From positions 133,508 to 197,507 of the forward strand of contig CAUJCN010000002.1 in NCBI GenBank assembly GCA_963169855.1: a DNA stretch of 64,000 bases. The letters are read 5' to 3'. This document shows positions 55,985 through 64,000 of the stretch, piece by piece (positions within the stretch are counted from its first letter, which is position 1; every line of letters begins with the position of its first letter). The translations under genes were made by a program, and so were the position numbers. This stretch comes from Patescibacteria group bacterium. Lineage in GTDB: Bacteria > Patescibacteriota > Dojkabacteria > J137. Below the pieces are notes generated by a model, which made no database searches, was not told where the DNA came from, and saw only the letters and a list, made by a program, of their open reading frames with translations.

Positions 55985-56941
55985 CTATAGAAGCTTAAGC
56001 ACGGCCACGTTTCGCCATGGATCTTCTAGCTCGTATGTATTTTCTGATGTTTTTATGTAAGATACACCTTTTTCATCCAAGACAGAGATAATTGAATTGT
56101 AAAGTTCAGAATCGATGTAATTGATTGCAAAACTCTTTAATCCCAGTTGAAGGGGCACTCTTCTTCCTGCATTAGCACTCTCCCAAATATTCATACCAAT
56201 ATGATGATGATAATTGTCTTTCGACACAAAAAGTGTTTGTGGATTCATCGACATAATATCGAATTGAAGTAGATCTACGTAAAATTTTCTTGCTTCTTCA
56301 ATATTTCCAACTTTAAAATGAATGTGACCTACTTTTATAGACTCCTTATTAGTGACCGTATTTAGATGGTTAGCTATGTAAAGTTCTTCATTAATATAGA
56401 CACTTCCCATAATTGGTTTCCCCGAAGCATCAAATTTAACTTCTTCCAAGGGCTTATCGAAGTATAATTCCAACCCATTTCCTTCTGGGTCTCCAAAATA
56501 AAAGGCTTCGGTAGCTCCGTGATCAGAACTTCCTTGGTAAATTTGAGGCATACTATCGAGAATTCTATCTACTGCATTTGCTAGCATTTCTCGAGTCTCA
56601 AAAACTAATGCTGAGTGGTAAAGACCCGCAGATCTTGAACTTGGCAGAGTATATTCAGGCTCTTCGATAAGCTCCAAAACACCTTTTCCATTAGAACCTA
56701 GCAAAACCGAGTTATCCGCAGAATTAATTGTTTCAAGTCCAACCATTTCTGTATAAAACTCGCGCTGAAGATCTATATCACTAACATACAGCTGTATTGT
56801 TGATAGTTCAATTGATTTTTTTGAATTCATATTATTAATTATACTGATTATTAAAAGTCCTGCGACAATTATTGTTGGGATTGCAGCCAAAATGTAAAAA
56901 CCGTATTGTCTGAGCTTAGATGTTTTAATCTGAATAGTCAT
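55985..56941 (-). CDS. Membrane-anchored VOC family protein with two glyoxalase/extradiol-dioxygenase-like modules
   Basis: An N-terminal TM helix is followed by two beta-alpha-beta-beta-beta modules (LSTIQLYVSDIDLQREFYTEMVGLE and VGHIHFKVGNIEEARKFYVDLLQFD). Confidence 0.5.
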   Translation of the reverse strand: MTIQIKTSKLRQYGFYILAAIPTIIVAGLLIISIINNMNSKKSIELSTIQLYVSDIDLQREFYTEMVGLETINSADNSVLLGSNGKGVLELIEEPEYTLPSSRSAGLYHSALVFETREMLANAVDRILDSMPQIYQGSSDHGATEAFYFGDPEGNGLELYFDKPLEEVKFDASGKPIMGSVYINEELYIANHLNTVTNKESIKVGHIHFKVGNIEEARKFYVDLLQFDIMSMNPQTLFVSKDNYHHHIGMNIWESANAGRRVPLQLGLKSFAINYIDSELYNSIISVLDEKGVSYIKTSENTYELEDPWRNVAVLKLL

Positions 56942-56987
56942 AAGTTTTTAGTAATTAAGCTTATTACTCGATTCAACTTAGGATATT

Positions 56988-57698
56988 TCAGCCATAAGTT
57001 TTTTTCTCCCAGAACTTCTCGTAAAGTTTCTGAATATCTCTCGATAGATCTGGAATTTTAAATTCTTCAAAATATTTCTCAATATTTTTAATATCTTGAG
57101 AAAATTTTTGATAACAGTTTGGATTTTTTGAAATATTCAGTACTTGCGGGAAATCTATTACCACAGGATGACCTTTAAACCACAAAATATTGTACTCAGA
57201 AAAATCGCCATGCACAAAGTCTTGATCTATAAACAGATTTAAGCAATCAATTATTTCCTCGAGACACTGTTGAGCTTCGGAATTACTCAATTCCACATCA
57301 GAAAGTCTTGGTGCAGGAACATCATTCTCACCTATAAATTCCATTAATAGATAGTCTTTCCCAAACAAATATACTTTTGGAATATTTGAACTTAACTGAG
57401 ATAGCATTCTCATTATTTTAAATTCTCTTTGAGTCCACTCAGCCATAAATGAGTCCTTTCCTTTATTAGTTTTGTTCTTCATTGCACGAGCCATTCTCTG
57501 ATCGCCTATTTCTCCAATACCAAGATAATCGTGTTTACTAGAATACTTTTGATTTTCTTTATAGATTTTAAGGGCGAAATTCTCTCCATCTGCCTTTATT
57601 AAATGAACAGATGCTTCTTTTCCTGATCGAATTTCCTTTACATACTCAACTTCTGAATACGTAGATAGTAATTCGTTAAAAATTATTTCAATTTGCAT
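56988..57698 (-). CDS. RIO-type atypical serine protein kinase
   Basis: SGKEASVHL…ALKIYK is the nucleotide-binding loop and Lys. VHGDFSEYNILW…VIDFPQ are the catalytic and metal-binding motifs typical of RIO1. Confidence 0.55.
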   Translation of the reverse strand: MQIEIIFNELLSTYSEVEYVKEIRSGKEASVHLIKADGENFALKIYKENQKYSSKHDYLGIGEIGDQRMARAMKNKTNKGKDSFMAEWTQREFKIMRMLSQLSSNIPKVYLFGKDYLLMEFIGENDVPAPRLSDVELSNSEAQQCLEEIIDCLNLFIDQDFVHGDFSEYNILWFKGHPVVIDFPQVLNISKNPNCYQKFSQDIKNIEKYFEEFKIPDLSRDIQKLYEKFWEKKTYG

Positions 57699-57841
57699 AA
57701 AATGTGAAGATCCTTAGGATTTCAGTTGTGGATTTGCGAAGTTATTTACCCTGTAGAATAATTCGATCCATTGATTGTGGTTTGATTCCTGAAGTTTCCA
57801 TGGGATCGAATTAATAAGTAAATGCCTAATTATAACAGAAA

Positions 57842-58249
57842 TTACTGTTCAATCTGAATATTAACACTGTACTCAAACGATTGGCTGAGTATCTCATCCT
57901 CGATGTATCGCTCCAACTGGCTCTGTAGGAATACTAGTGAATCTTCTAAAGTAGAAAATGGCAGGAGAACTCTGAGCCTTGAAGTATCGTCAGAAAAGTA
58001 AAAGTCTTCTTCTGTAGGGAAAAGTGGTATATATTGTGGTAACTTAAGCAAAAGTCCTGTAAAACAACCCAGAATGTATTGCCTAGATTTTAATCCTCCA
58101 TCTTCTAGATTCCCTATCGCTTCAACATAATTAGCTTTCGATAAAGTTTCAGAACCTCCTAATGCAGAATTAATAACATCAACGAGAACATCGTTCTCTT
58201 CGTGTCTTCTAGTACTCGAAACTAAAATTTCTGCTGTTGCGTATTCCAC
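57842..58249 (-). CDS. Hypothetical protein
   Basis: A 135-aa ORF with no recognised family. Confidence 0.3.
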   Translation of the reverse strand: MEYATAEILVSSTRRHEENDVLVDVINSALGGSETLSKANYVEAIGNLEDGGLKSRQYILGCFTGLLLKLPQYIPLFPTEEDFYFSDDTSRLRVLLPFSTLEDSLVFLQSQLERYIEDEILSQSFEYSVNIQIEQ

Positions 58250-58312
58250 TAAGTTTGACTAATCGATTGATTATACAAAGCTATCGCATGGAAACGCAAT
58301 CAACAATTAGTT

Positions 58313-58720
58313 TTAGTCCTTTTTCCCTATGTAAACAATTTCGAATAGAATTTTGTCTGGAGATTCAAACATTATTTGATAGTAAGTTTCTGATTGGTCT
58401 CGCGTAAATTCTGGTCTATGTTTTGGAGTGTCGAAAAGCATGTCAGAAGCCATTTCTGTTACCACTTTTGCAATCTCATCTACATCAGATTGTTTAGAAA
58501 CTTTGATAGAAATGTGGTTTGTTCCAAAAGCGTCGTAATTTTGCTTTTCTTGAACATCAGCATCTGAAAACCACAGACTAACTCCAGCTTGATCAGAGAA
58601 TCCCAACATTGATTCGTCATCGTAGATTTCGTTCCAACCAAGAGCTTCCATAAGTTGGCCATACCAAGCTTTGTTTTCGATATTTACATTTACTTGAAGA
58701 TGGTAAAAAGATGATTGCAT
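58313..58720 (-). CDS. Hypothetical protein (possibly a VOC-like fold)
   Basis: A 135-aa ORF with a weak beta-alpha-beta-beta-beta pattern. Confidence 0.3.
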   Translation of the reverse strand: MQSSFYHLQVNVNIENKAWYGQLMEALGWNEIYDDESMLGFSDQAGVSLWFSDADVQEKQNYDAFGTNHISIKVSKQSDVDEIAKVVTEMASDMLFDTPKHRPEFTRDQSETYYQIMFESPDKILFEIVYIGKKD

Positions 58721-58768
58721 AATTTTGTTTTAACTAAAAACATTATTACATAAAATTACTGTTGAAGA

Positions 58769-59584
58769 CTATCTAAACAATTTCTTAAATCCCAGTGTCA
58801 AAAAGAAAATTGAACTAAGAACCAGAATTATTGTTGCGCCAGTTGGGATATTTAAATAATAAGAAAGATACAGTCCAATTACGCTAGAAATCAAACTTAG
58901 CAGAATTGTTAAGTAAATCATTTCATCGATTCTTCTAACCATTAGCCTAGAAGTTACAGAGGGAATAATTAATAAAGCTATAACAAGAATGTTTCCGACA
59001 GCTTGGATTGAGATAACAACAGTTATCGCAACAAAAATATTCATTAGCAAATCGAGCCTGTTTGTGTTTATTCCCAACGCATCAGCATATTCTTTGTCAA
59101 ACGCGGCAATTACAAACCTCTTATAAAACATTGTGAATGTAATTACCAAAACAATAGTAAAGATCAAAGTTATTAGTAAATCCAAAGCGGAAACACCTAG
59201 AATGTTTCCAATCAAAAATTCTGATAAAGACGCTGCAGTATTTACAGTTAATCCTCGAATAATTATTCCGAGCGCAAACAAAGTAGTAAAAAAAATCACA
59301 ATTGAATTGTTTTCTGAAATTCGTTTATCTCGAGAAGTTAGTGTAATTCCAACAATCGAAAGAATTCCAACAATCATTGCTCCTATGATATTACTGACTC
59401 CGAAAACAAAAGACAAAACGATTCCTGGGTAAACTCCGTGAGAAAGACCTTCACTGATGAAAGCTGTGTTCTTCAAAACCAAGAACGTACCGATCAAACC
59501 AGCAATGATAGAAATCAGCACCAATTCAAGCAAAGCTCTTTGCATGAATGTGTTTAGAAATGGATTTATTAAAAATTCAAACAT
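58769..59584 (-). CDS. znuB: Metal (Zn/Mn) ABC transporter permease, ABC-3 family
   Basis: It has about 8 TM helices and the N-terminus RALLELVLISIIAGLIGTFLVLKN typical of ZnuB/MntB. It is adjacent to the ATPase and binding-protein genes. Confidence 0.8.
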   Translation of the reverse strand: MFEFLINPFLNTFMQRALLELVLISIIAGLIGTFLVLKNTAFISEGLSHGVYPGIVLSFVFGVSNIIGAMIVGILSIVGITLTSRDKRISENNSIVIFFTTLFALGIIIRGLTVNTAASLSEFLIGNILGVSALDLLITLIFTIVLVITFTMFYKRFVIAAFDKEYADALGINTNRLDLLMNIFVAITVVISIQAVGNILVIALLIIPSVTSRLMVRRIDEMIYLTILLSLISSVIGLYLSYYLNIPTGATIILVLSSIFFLTLGFKKLFR

Positions 59585-59585
59585 A

Positions 59586-60320
59586 TTAATGATGATGATG
59601 ATCGCTTAAAGTAATATCTCCCGTTTCCGAAGAGATTAAAATATTCTGTCTAAATGTTTCTAATAAATGTTCTTTTGTGCAAACATCTTTAGGACTTCCG
59701 TAACAAACAACTGTTTTATTCAATAGTACAATTTTAGTGGAAATTTCTTGTGCCTGTTTCAGATTATGAGTAGACATCAAAACTGTTTTTCCTTCTTTAA
59801 CGAGATCCTTAATCAAAATCAGCAAGGATTCTTCGGTGATCGCATCAGTATTACTGAATGGTTCATCTAAAATAATTAAATCCGAATCTTGAGCTAATGC
59901 TCTTGCAAGAAAAACTCTCTGAAGTTGTCCTCCAGAAAGTTCAGAAATATTTCTTTCTTCTAAGCCTTCAAGCTGAACATTTTGAATTGCATCAGAAACT
60001 TTCTTTTTGCTGAATCTTTTACCTAATTGTGATTGCTCTACAACTTCTTGAACCGTGATTGGGAAATTCACGTCTACATCACTTGATTGAGGCATGTAAC
60101 CAATTTTATTGAATTGATTTTTGGATGACTTTCCTTTGAATTTAATTTCTCCAGAGTAATCGAGTAAATTTAATACTGCTTTGAAAAGTGTACTTTTACC
60201 AGAGCCATTTGGTCCTATAATGCTTACGAGTTCTCCGTTCTCAATAGAAACATTAACTGACTCTAAAGCAGGAATTTCTCCGTAATGTACATTCAAATTT
60301 TTTAGCTCAATAATGCTCAT
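59586..60320 (-). CDS. znuC: Metal ABC transporter ATP-binding protein with a C-terminal His tail
   Basis: GPNGSGKST, LSGGQLQRVFLARA and LILDEP motifs are present. The protein ends in SDHHHH. Confidence 0.8.
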   Translation of the reverse strand: MSIIELKNLNVHYGEIPALESVNVSIENGELVSIIGPNGSGKSTLFKAVLNLLDYSGEIKFKGKSSKNQFNKIGYMPQSSDVDVNFPITVQEVVEQSQLGKRFSKKKVSDAIQNVQLEGLEERNISELSGGQLQRVFLARALAQDSDLIILDEPFSNTDAITEESLLILIKDLVKEGKTVLMSTHNLKQAQEISTKIVLLNKTVVCYGSPKDVCTKEHLLETFRQNILISSETGDITLSDHHHH

Positions 60321-61253
60321 CTATATTAGTGCTTTTACAATTTCTAAAGTATTGAACATCATCATTTCAATATAAGTATCTCCCTTCGATCCTTCTCTAC
60401 CCAATGTATCACCAAACAAAGTAGAAATCACCTTTGTGCCTGTTTCGTTAGCAATCTGGCTTGCTAGCTTTGTACTTGCAGTGTTTTCAATAAAAATTGC
60501 TTTAACATTTTGTTCTTTGATTTTTTGAATCAATTCTGCTGTCTCTGCAGGAGTTGGTTGATCTTCAGTAGAAAGACTTGGAATAACTGACCCAACATAC
60601 TCTAAATCATAAGCTTTTACATAATATCCAAAAGCATCATGGTTAGTTACCAATTTTCTATTTTCTTCAGGAATTCTTTGTATCTGAATTTTTATATACG
60701 TATCTAATGCTTCTAATTCATTTAAATATTCTCCTGTATTTGTTCTGTAAATTTCTAGATTATCAGAATCCATTTCTGAAATTTTATTTTTAATACTCGT
60801 TACAATTTTAATCACATTCGAAACATCAAACCAAATATGTGGATCTCCAGCCTCGTGACCATGATCTTCTTCTGTTTCTGACTGTTCTTCATGGGATTCC
60901 AATATTTCTAAAGATTCGGAAGCATTTAGTTTTTGTGCGCTTGATTCTTCGATTGTATCTTCTATCGCGTGTTCTAAATCAACCCCGTTAAAAATAATTA
61001 AATCTGCTGATTGAAGTTTTTCGATATCTGCTGGCGTTGGTTGATATTCGTGAGGATCTGTATTTGAAGAAAAGATTACTGCTAAATCGACATTTTCTCC
61101 AACAATATTCTTGGTAATATCGTAAAGTTGTGTTGTTGTTGTTACAACTTTTAGTTTATCAGAAGCTACTTTGCTACTTAAGAATCCAACAATAACTATT
61201 GTGAGCAATGCAATCAAAACGAAGCCGATTAATAATAGGAATTTCTTTTTCAT
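60321..61253 (-). CDS. znuA: Metal ABC transporter substrate-binding protein (TroA/ZnuA cluster) with a His/Glu-rich loop
   Basis: A signal anchor and the metal-coordinating His positions are present. The acidic His-rich insert is ESHEEQSETEEDHGHEAGDPH. Confidence 0.75.
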   Translation of the reverse strand: MKKKFLLLIGFVLIALLTIVIVGFLSSKVASDKLKVVTTTTQLYDITKNIVGENVDLAVIFSSNTDPHEYQPTPADIEKLQSADLIIFNGVDLEHAIEDTIEESSAQKLNASESLEILESHEEQSETEEDHGHEAGDPHIWFDVSNVIKIVTSIKNKISEMDSDNLEIYRTNTGEYLNELEALDTYIKIQIQRIPEENRKLVTNHDAFGYYVKAYDLEYVGSVIPSLSTEDQPTPAETAELIQKIKEQNVKAIFIENTASTKLASQIANETGTKVISTLFGDTLGREGSKGDTYIEMMMFNTLEIVKALI

Positions 61254-61268
61254 AAAATTGAATAATAA

Positions 61269-61622
61269 TTATTTACAGTCCGGACAAATGCCTTTTAAAT
61301 TTAATTCGAAATCTTCAAAATCAATTCCTTGAGGAAGTATACTTTTGATTTTTTCAACATCAACTTCTACAGGAATAATTTTTTCGCAATCATCACAAAT
61401 AAAATGCTGATGGTAATCTCCTTGTTTATTTAATTCGTAGCTTGTGATCCCTTTTTTGACATTAACTTCTCTTAAGATTCCTTTCGCTGAAAGCATAGCT
61501 AAATTTCGATAGATAGTAGCTCTGTCAATTTCTGGAACTAAACTACAAACTTCTGTAGCCGTTAATAAATCTCCCTTTTCGAAGATTGAAATAATTTGTT
61601 GTCTTTTTTTGCTGTGCTTCAT
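61269..61622 (-). CDS. zur: Fur-family metalloregulator (Zur-like)
   Basis: A winged helix (ATIYRNLAMLSAKGIL) is followed by the HQHFICDDC…CPDC metal sites. It is the first gene of the zinc-uptake operon. Confidence 0.75.
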   Translation of the reverse strand: MKHSKKRQQIISIFEKGDLLTATEVCSLVPEIDRATIYRNLAMLSAKGILREVNVKKGITSYELNKQGDYHQHFICDDCEKIIPVEVDVEKIKSILPQGIDFEDFELNLKGICPDCK

Positions 61623-61623
61623 A

Positions 61624-61662
61624 TGCGACTTAGTTGCATAATAATAACGCGACTTAGTTGCA
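61624..61662. promoter_or_regulatory. Two direct copies of the near-palindromic 15-mer TGCGACTTAGTTGCA (candidate Zur boxes) immediately upstream of zur
   Basis: The copies are at 61624..61638 and 61648..61662 and abut the zur start codon. Each is an imperfect inverted repeat around the central TA, as in Fur/Zur boxes. Confidence 0.55.
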
Positions 61663-61731
61663 AAGTCAACTTTGTATATCGAATATTGTGGGTTAAAATA
61701 TAGCAGGTACTTTATTTCTTAGAATTGTTAT

Positions 61732-61983
61732 ATGGATCCAGAACTAATACCTATACTTGCACCAATTGACGCTCAAATTTTACAAGCAGCTGCAATTCTT
61801 AAGTTTCCTTCGGATGAGCTAAAAAGAATTCATTCTATGAGATCAGAAATTGATGACCGAATCAGAACTGTTAGGGAAGAAATTATAAGAAAGAGTAAAG
61901 AATTAAAAGAGGAAGTTGAAAGAAGAACAAAAGAAATCAACACTAGAATTTCTACAACGATCACTAATATTCCAGCAAACTAG
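61732..61983 (+). CDS. Small coiled-coil hypothetical protein
   Basis: An 83-aa charged helical ORF. Confidence 0.3.
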   Translation: MDPELIPILAPIDAQILQAAAILKFPSDELKRIHSMRSEIDDRIRTVREEIIRKSKELKEEVERRTKEINTRISTTITNIPAN

Positions 61984-62040
61984 AAATTCCCTCTGCACTC
62001 TATGGTATACAAAGGGAATTCAATCTTTCAGACGGGTATC

Positions 62041-62598
62041 TTATCTCATCATTGGCGGCACTCCACCATGTCTACTCATTCTAGGATCAAAGTCCAAATT
62101 TGCAGATCTTGCAGCCTCCCGTGTAGACTCAAGTTCTTCTAAGGTAGTATTTAAACCTTGTTCATTTAATGCATCTACTAGCTTCTGATCTCGTTCATCT
62201 TTCATTTCGCCAAAGTGAGCTTGTCGCTCTTCTTCTGTCAGTTCTGACCAATTCTGTCGCTCAAGAAGTCCACGATCTTTTGGGCGAATGGTTTCGAAAG
62301 CTTCGTACAGTGCAGCTAAAATCTCTCCTTGACGTTCAGTCAAAGTTCCATCTGTAACTGCCTGAGTAATTGCGGCTTCCCGCTCGACCTCATGTTCTGA
62401 TCTAATTTCTGTATGAACCGATTCAACAGCAGTCTCCACTGTAGCTTCATCTATTCCTAGCTTCTCTGCTAACTTCTGCACAAAAGTATTAACTTCTTCT
62501 GGATTTTCTGCAGCGTATACCCCAAAGGGGATTAATGTACTTACACCTCCAATTACAGCAACTCCCATCGTACCTAATAATAATTTTTTGTTTTTCAT
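62041..62598 (-). CDS. Secreted acidic helical hypothetical protein
   Basis: A signal peptide (MKNKKLLLGTMGVAVIGGVSTLIPFGVYA) is followed by a Glu-rich helical sequence. Confidence 0.4.
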   Translation of the reverse strand: MKNKKLLLGTMGVAVIGGVSTLIPFGVYAAENPEEVNTFVQKLAEKLGIDEATVETAVESVHTEIRSEHEVEREAAITQAVTDGTLTERQGEILAALYEAFETIRPKDRGLLERQNWSELTEEERQAHFGEMKDERDQKLVDALNEQGLNTTLEELESTREAARSANLDFDPRMSRHGGVPPMMR

Positions 62599-62759
62599 TT
62601 TTGTTTATTTTAATAATTAAATAGTTTCTAATTTTAACTTTGTCGACCTAAAGTAAATTAGATTATGTTCATAATAAAACCGACATGTGAATTTGGTATT
62701 AATTTATCGAGAAAATTATCAGAATACGATATAATATATATAATCACTATTTAATAAAA

Positions 62760-63269
62760 ATGAACAATTCAGTTTTAGAACTTTACAAATTAGAACTAGT
62801 ACCTGAGCGTAAATTTTTCATAAATTCTGTACCTTCAAGGGATTTATTTGCTTCTCAATTAGGAATTCGACAAGATAGCATGACCAGAGCAATAAGAATC
62901 ATTTCGCAGTGCCCAGAAGATATTTCCCTTGAGGAATTGGAATCCAGGACATTAGCAATTAATCCGACCTATACTGGAGTTTATGACCATCCGACTTTAC
63001 TAGGAGTAGTTCGGGATACAAAAAAAGGTCAAAGAAAAACTTATATAGTTCTAGGAGGCCATCACAGAATTGCAGCTGCTAAACTTTTCTCGAAATCAAT
63101 AGAGGTTGTTTTATACGAATCTGATTTTAATATAGGGACAAGATACGGCATTAATTCAGACTACACAGACAAAATCAAAAGTAGCAACCACCCATCCGCT
63201 CTTCTTCTCAATCAGATACCTTATTTAGTAAATTTCTCTGTGATTACAAATCCGTTTAAGGAAGTTTAA
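62760..63269 (+). CDS. ParB/Srx-fold (ParB N-terminal nuclease-like) domain protein
   Basis: TYIVLGGHHRIAAAKL contains the GxHR(x)xA motif of the ParB/sulfiredoxin fold. Confidence 0.5.
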   Translation: MNNSVLELYKLELVPERKFFINSVPSRDLFASQLGIRQDSMTRAIRIISQCPEDISLEELESRTLAINPTYTGVYDHPTLLGVVRDTKKGQRKTYIVLGGHHRIAAAKLFSKSIEVVLYESDFNIGTRYGINSDYTDKIKSSNHPSALLLNQIPYLVNFSVITNPFKEV

Positions 63270-63944
63270 TCACATATCTCGAACAACTGCCTTAAGAAAT
63301 TCTCCCATATCACCCACGAGATATTGCTTACCATCTGACGTTCTTAAGTACATCGCACCATCCACAGAGTGACAAATTACTGCGCAACTAATTATTAAGT
63401 CGAACTCTACACCATATTGTTGCTTAATCTTTTCTGCTTCTTCGAGAACTTTATTATAACCATCTACAGTAGAAACTATAATTGGCATCACTATTTGTGA
63501 TGGCCTGTAACCTTTTTCAAACATTAATCTAAGACTGGCAACCTGACTCATACCAGTACTTAGACAATCGTCAAACAAAATGAACTGTCTTAAGGTTTCG
63601 ATATCATACTGTGATGGTTCAGCTACATCACCAGTTCCTACTGCGTAATCTCCATCTTTTCCTCCGAGTCTTTTTACCTCTACTTCAATTTTCTTATCTC
63701 CGAAGAACTTTGCATAAATTTGTTCAAAAAATTTTGCACCACGTAAAGCTTCCCAAGCTGCAGTTTCGTCTGGTGAGTATCTTGAAATATCATCTTCGTG
63801 TGCTTGTGCTATTAATCCAGCAATCATCCTTATAGATTTCTGATACTTCAACTTATCTTCATCTTTTTCCGAATCTCCATTGTTTGCCAGATTTGTAACT
63901 TCTGAGAAATACTCCTTAACAAGAATTTGATCGATTTCTAGCAT
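63270..63944 (-). CDS. Type I phosphoribosyltransferase-domain protein with an ~80-aa N-terminal extension
   Basis: FILFDDCLSTGMSQ is the PRPP-binding motif (hhhhDDhhxTGxT). Its stop abuts the stop of the convergent ParB-like gene with 0-nt spacing. Confidence 0.5.
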   Translation of the reverse strand: MLEIDQILVKEYFSEVTNLANNGDSEKDEDKLKYQKSIRMIAGLIAQAHEDDISRYSPDETAAWEALRGAKFFEQIYAKFFGDKKIEVEVKRLGGKDGDYAVGTGDVAEPSQYDIETLRQFILFDDCLSTGMSQVASLRLMFEKGYRPSQIVMPIIVSTVDGYNKVLEEAEKIKQQYGVEFDLIISCAVICHSVDGAMYLRTSDGKQYLVGDMGEFLKAVVRDM

Positions 63945-64000
63945 TCTATTTTCTAACTCACTTGGTATAGGAAATTCTCCAACTCTGCCTACACAATGCA

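Noticed and set aside
1-64000. Possibility of an alternative genetic code (UGA = Gly, as in some ultra-small bacteria)
   Set aside because: Long conserved proteins (LepA, SufB, FtsE/X, PepF) are intact under the standard code. UGA also functions as a stop (the msrB stop at 29237 overlaps the next start as ATGA), so the standard code is retained.

Overview
This window is AT-rich (roughly one-third GC by eye) and gene-dense, uses the standard genetic code, and looks like a reduced bacterial genome of the CPR/Patescibacteria type. Short intergenic spacers, many overlapping start/stop codons and three tRNA genes without an encoded CCA fit that picture.

Recognisable housekeeping genes are lepA, ftsE/ftsX, sufB, def, ssb, cca, pcm, msrB, a SEDS-family rodA/ftsW, pepF, an M16 peptidase, a DEAD-box helicase and a zur-znuACB zinc-uptake operon. 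Between them sit cell-envelope genes (GT4, GT2 and processive GT2 glycosyltransferases, manC, an O-antigen-ligase-like protein, DUF368), several secreted proteins (CAP, CHAP, PEGA, a tail-fibre-like protein) and many hypothetical proteins. There is no rRNA, CRISPR array, transposase or integrase.

The anomalies worth a second look are:
- a ~0.65 kb island of ~65% GC (1183..1868) carrying a lipoprotein gene with foreign codon usage, flanked by hairpins;
- a family of short GC-rich perfect palindromes in intergenic DNA;
- degenerate 5'-half copies of tRNA-Gly and tRNA-Cys, each with an inserted GC hairpin, immediately upstream of the intact tRNA, plus a T-arm duplicate;
- a divergent locus pairing an NDT/SLOG-like domain fused to a ribbon-helix-helix domain with two NUDIX hydrolases, with TGCACAT operator-like repeats between them;
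- an uncharacterised 922-aa protein apparently co-transcribed with pepF and an Smr protein, opposite a degenerate P-loop NTPase;
- a four-gene operon downstream of sufB (Cys-rich protein, FNR-like reductase, GATase1, PNPOx-like);
- FtsE with a 220-aa C-terminal extension ending in a helix-hairpin-helix domain;
- an ASCH-domain pseudogene.
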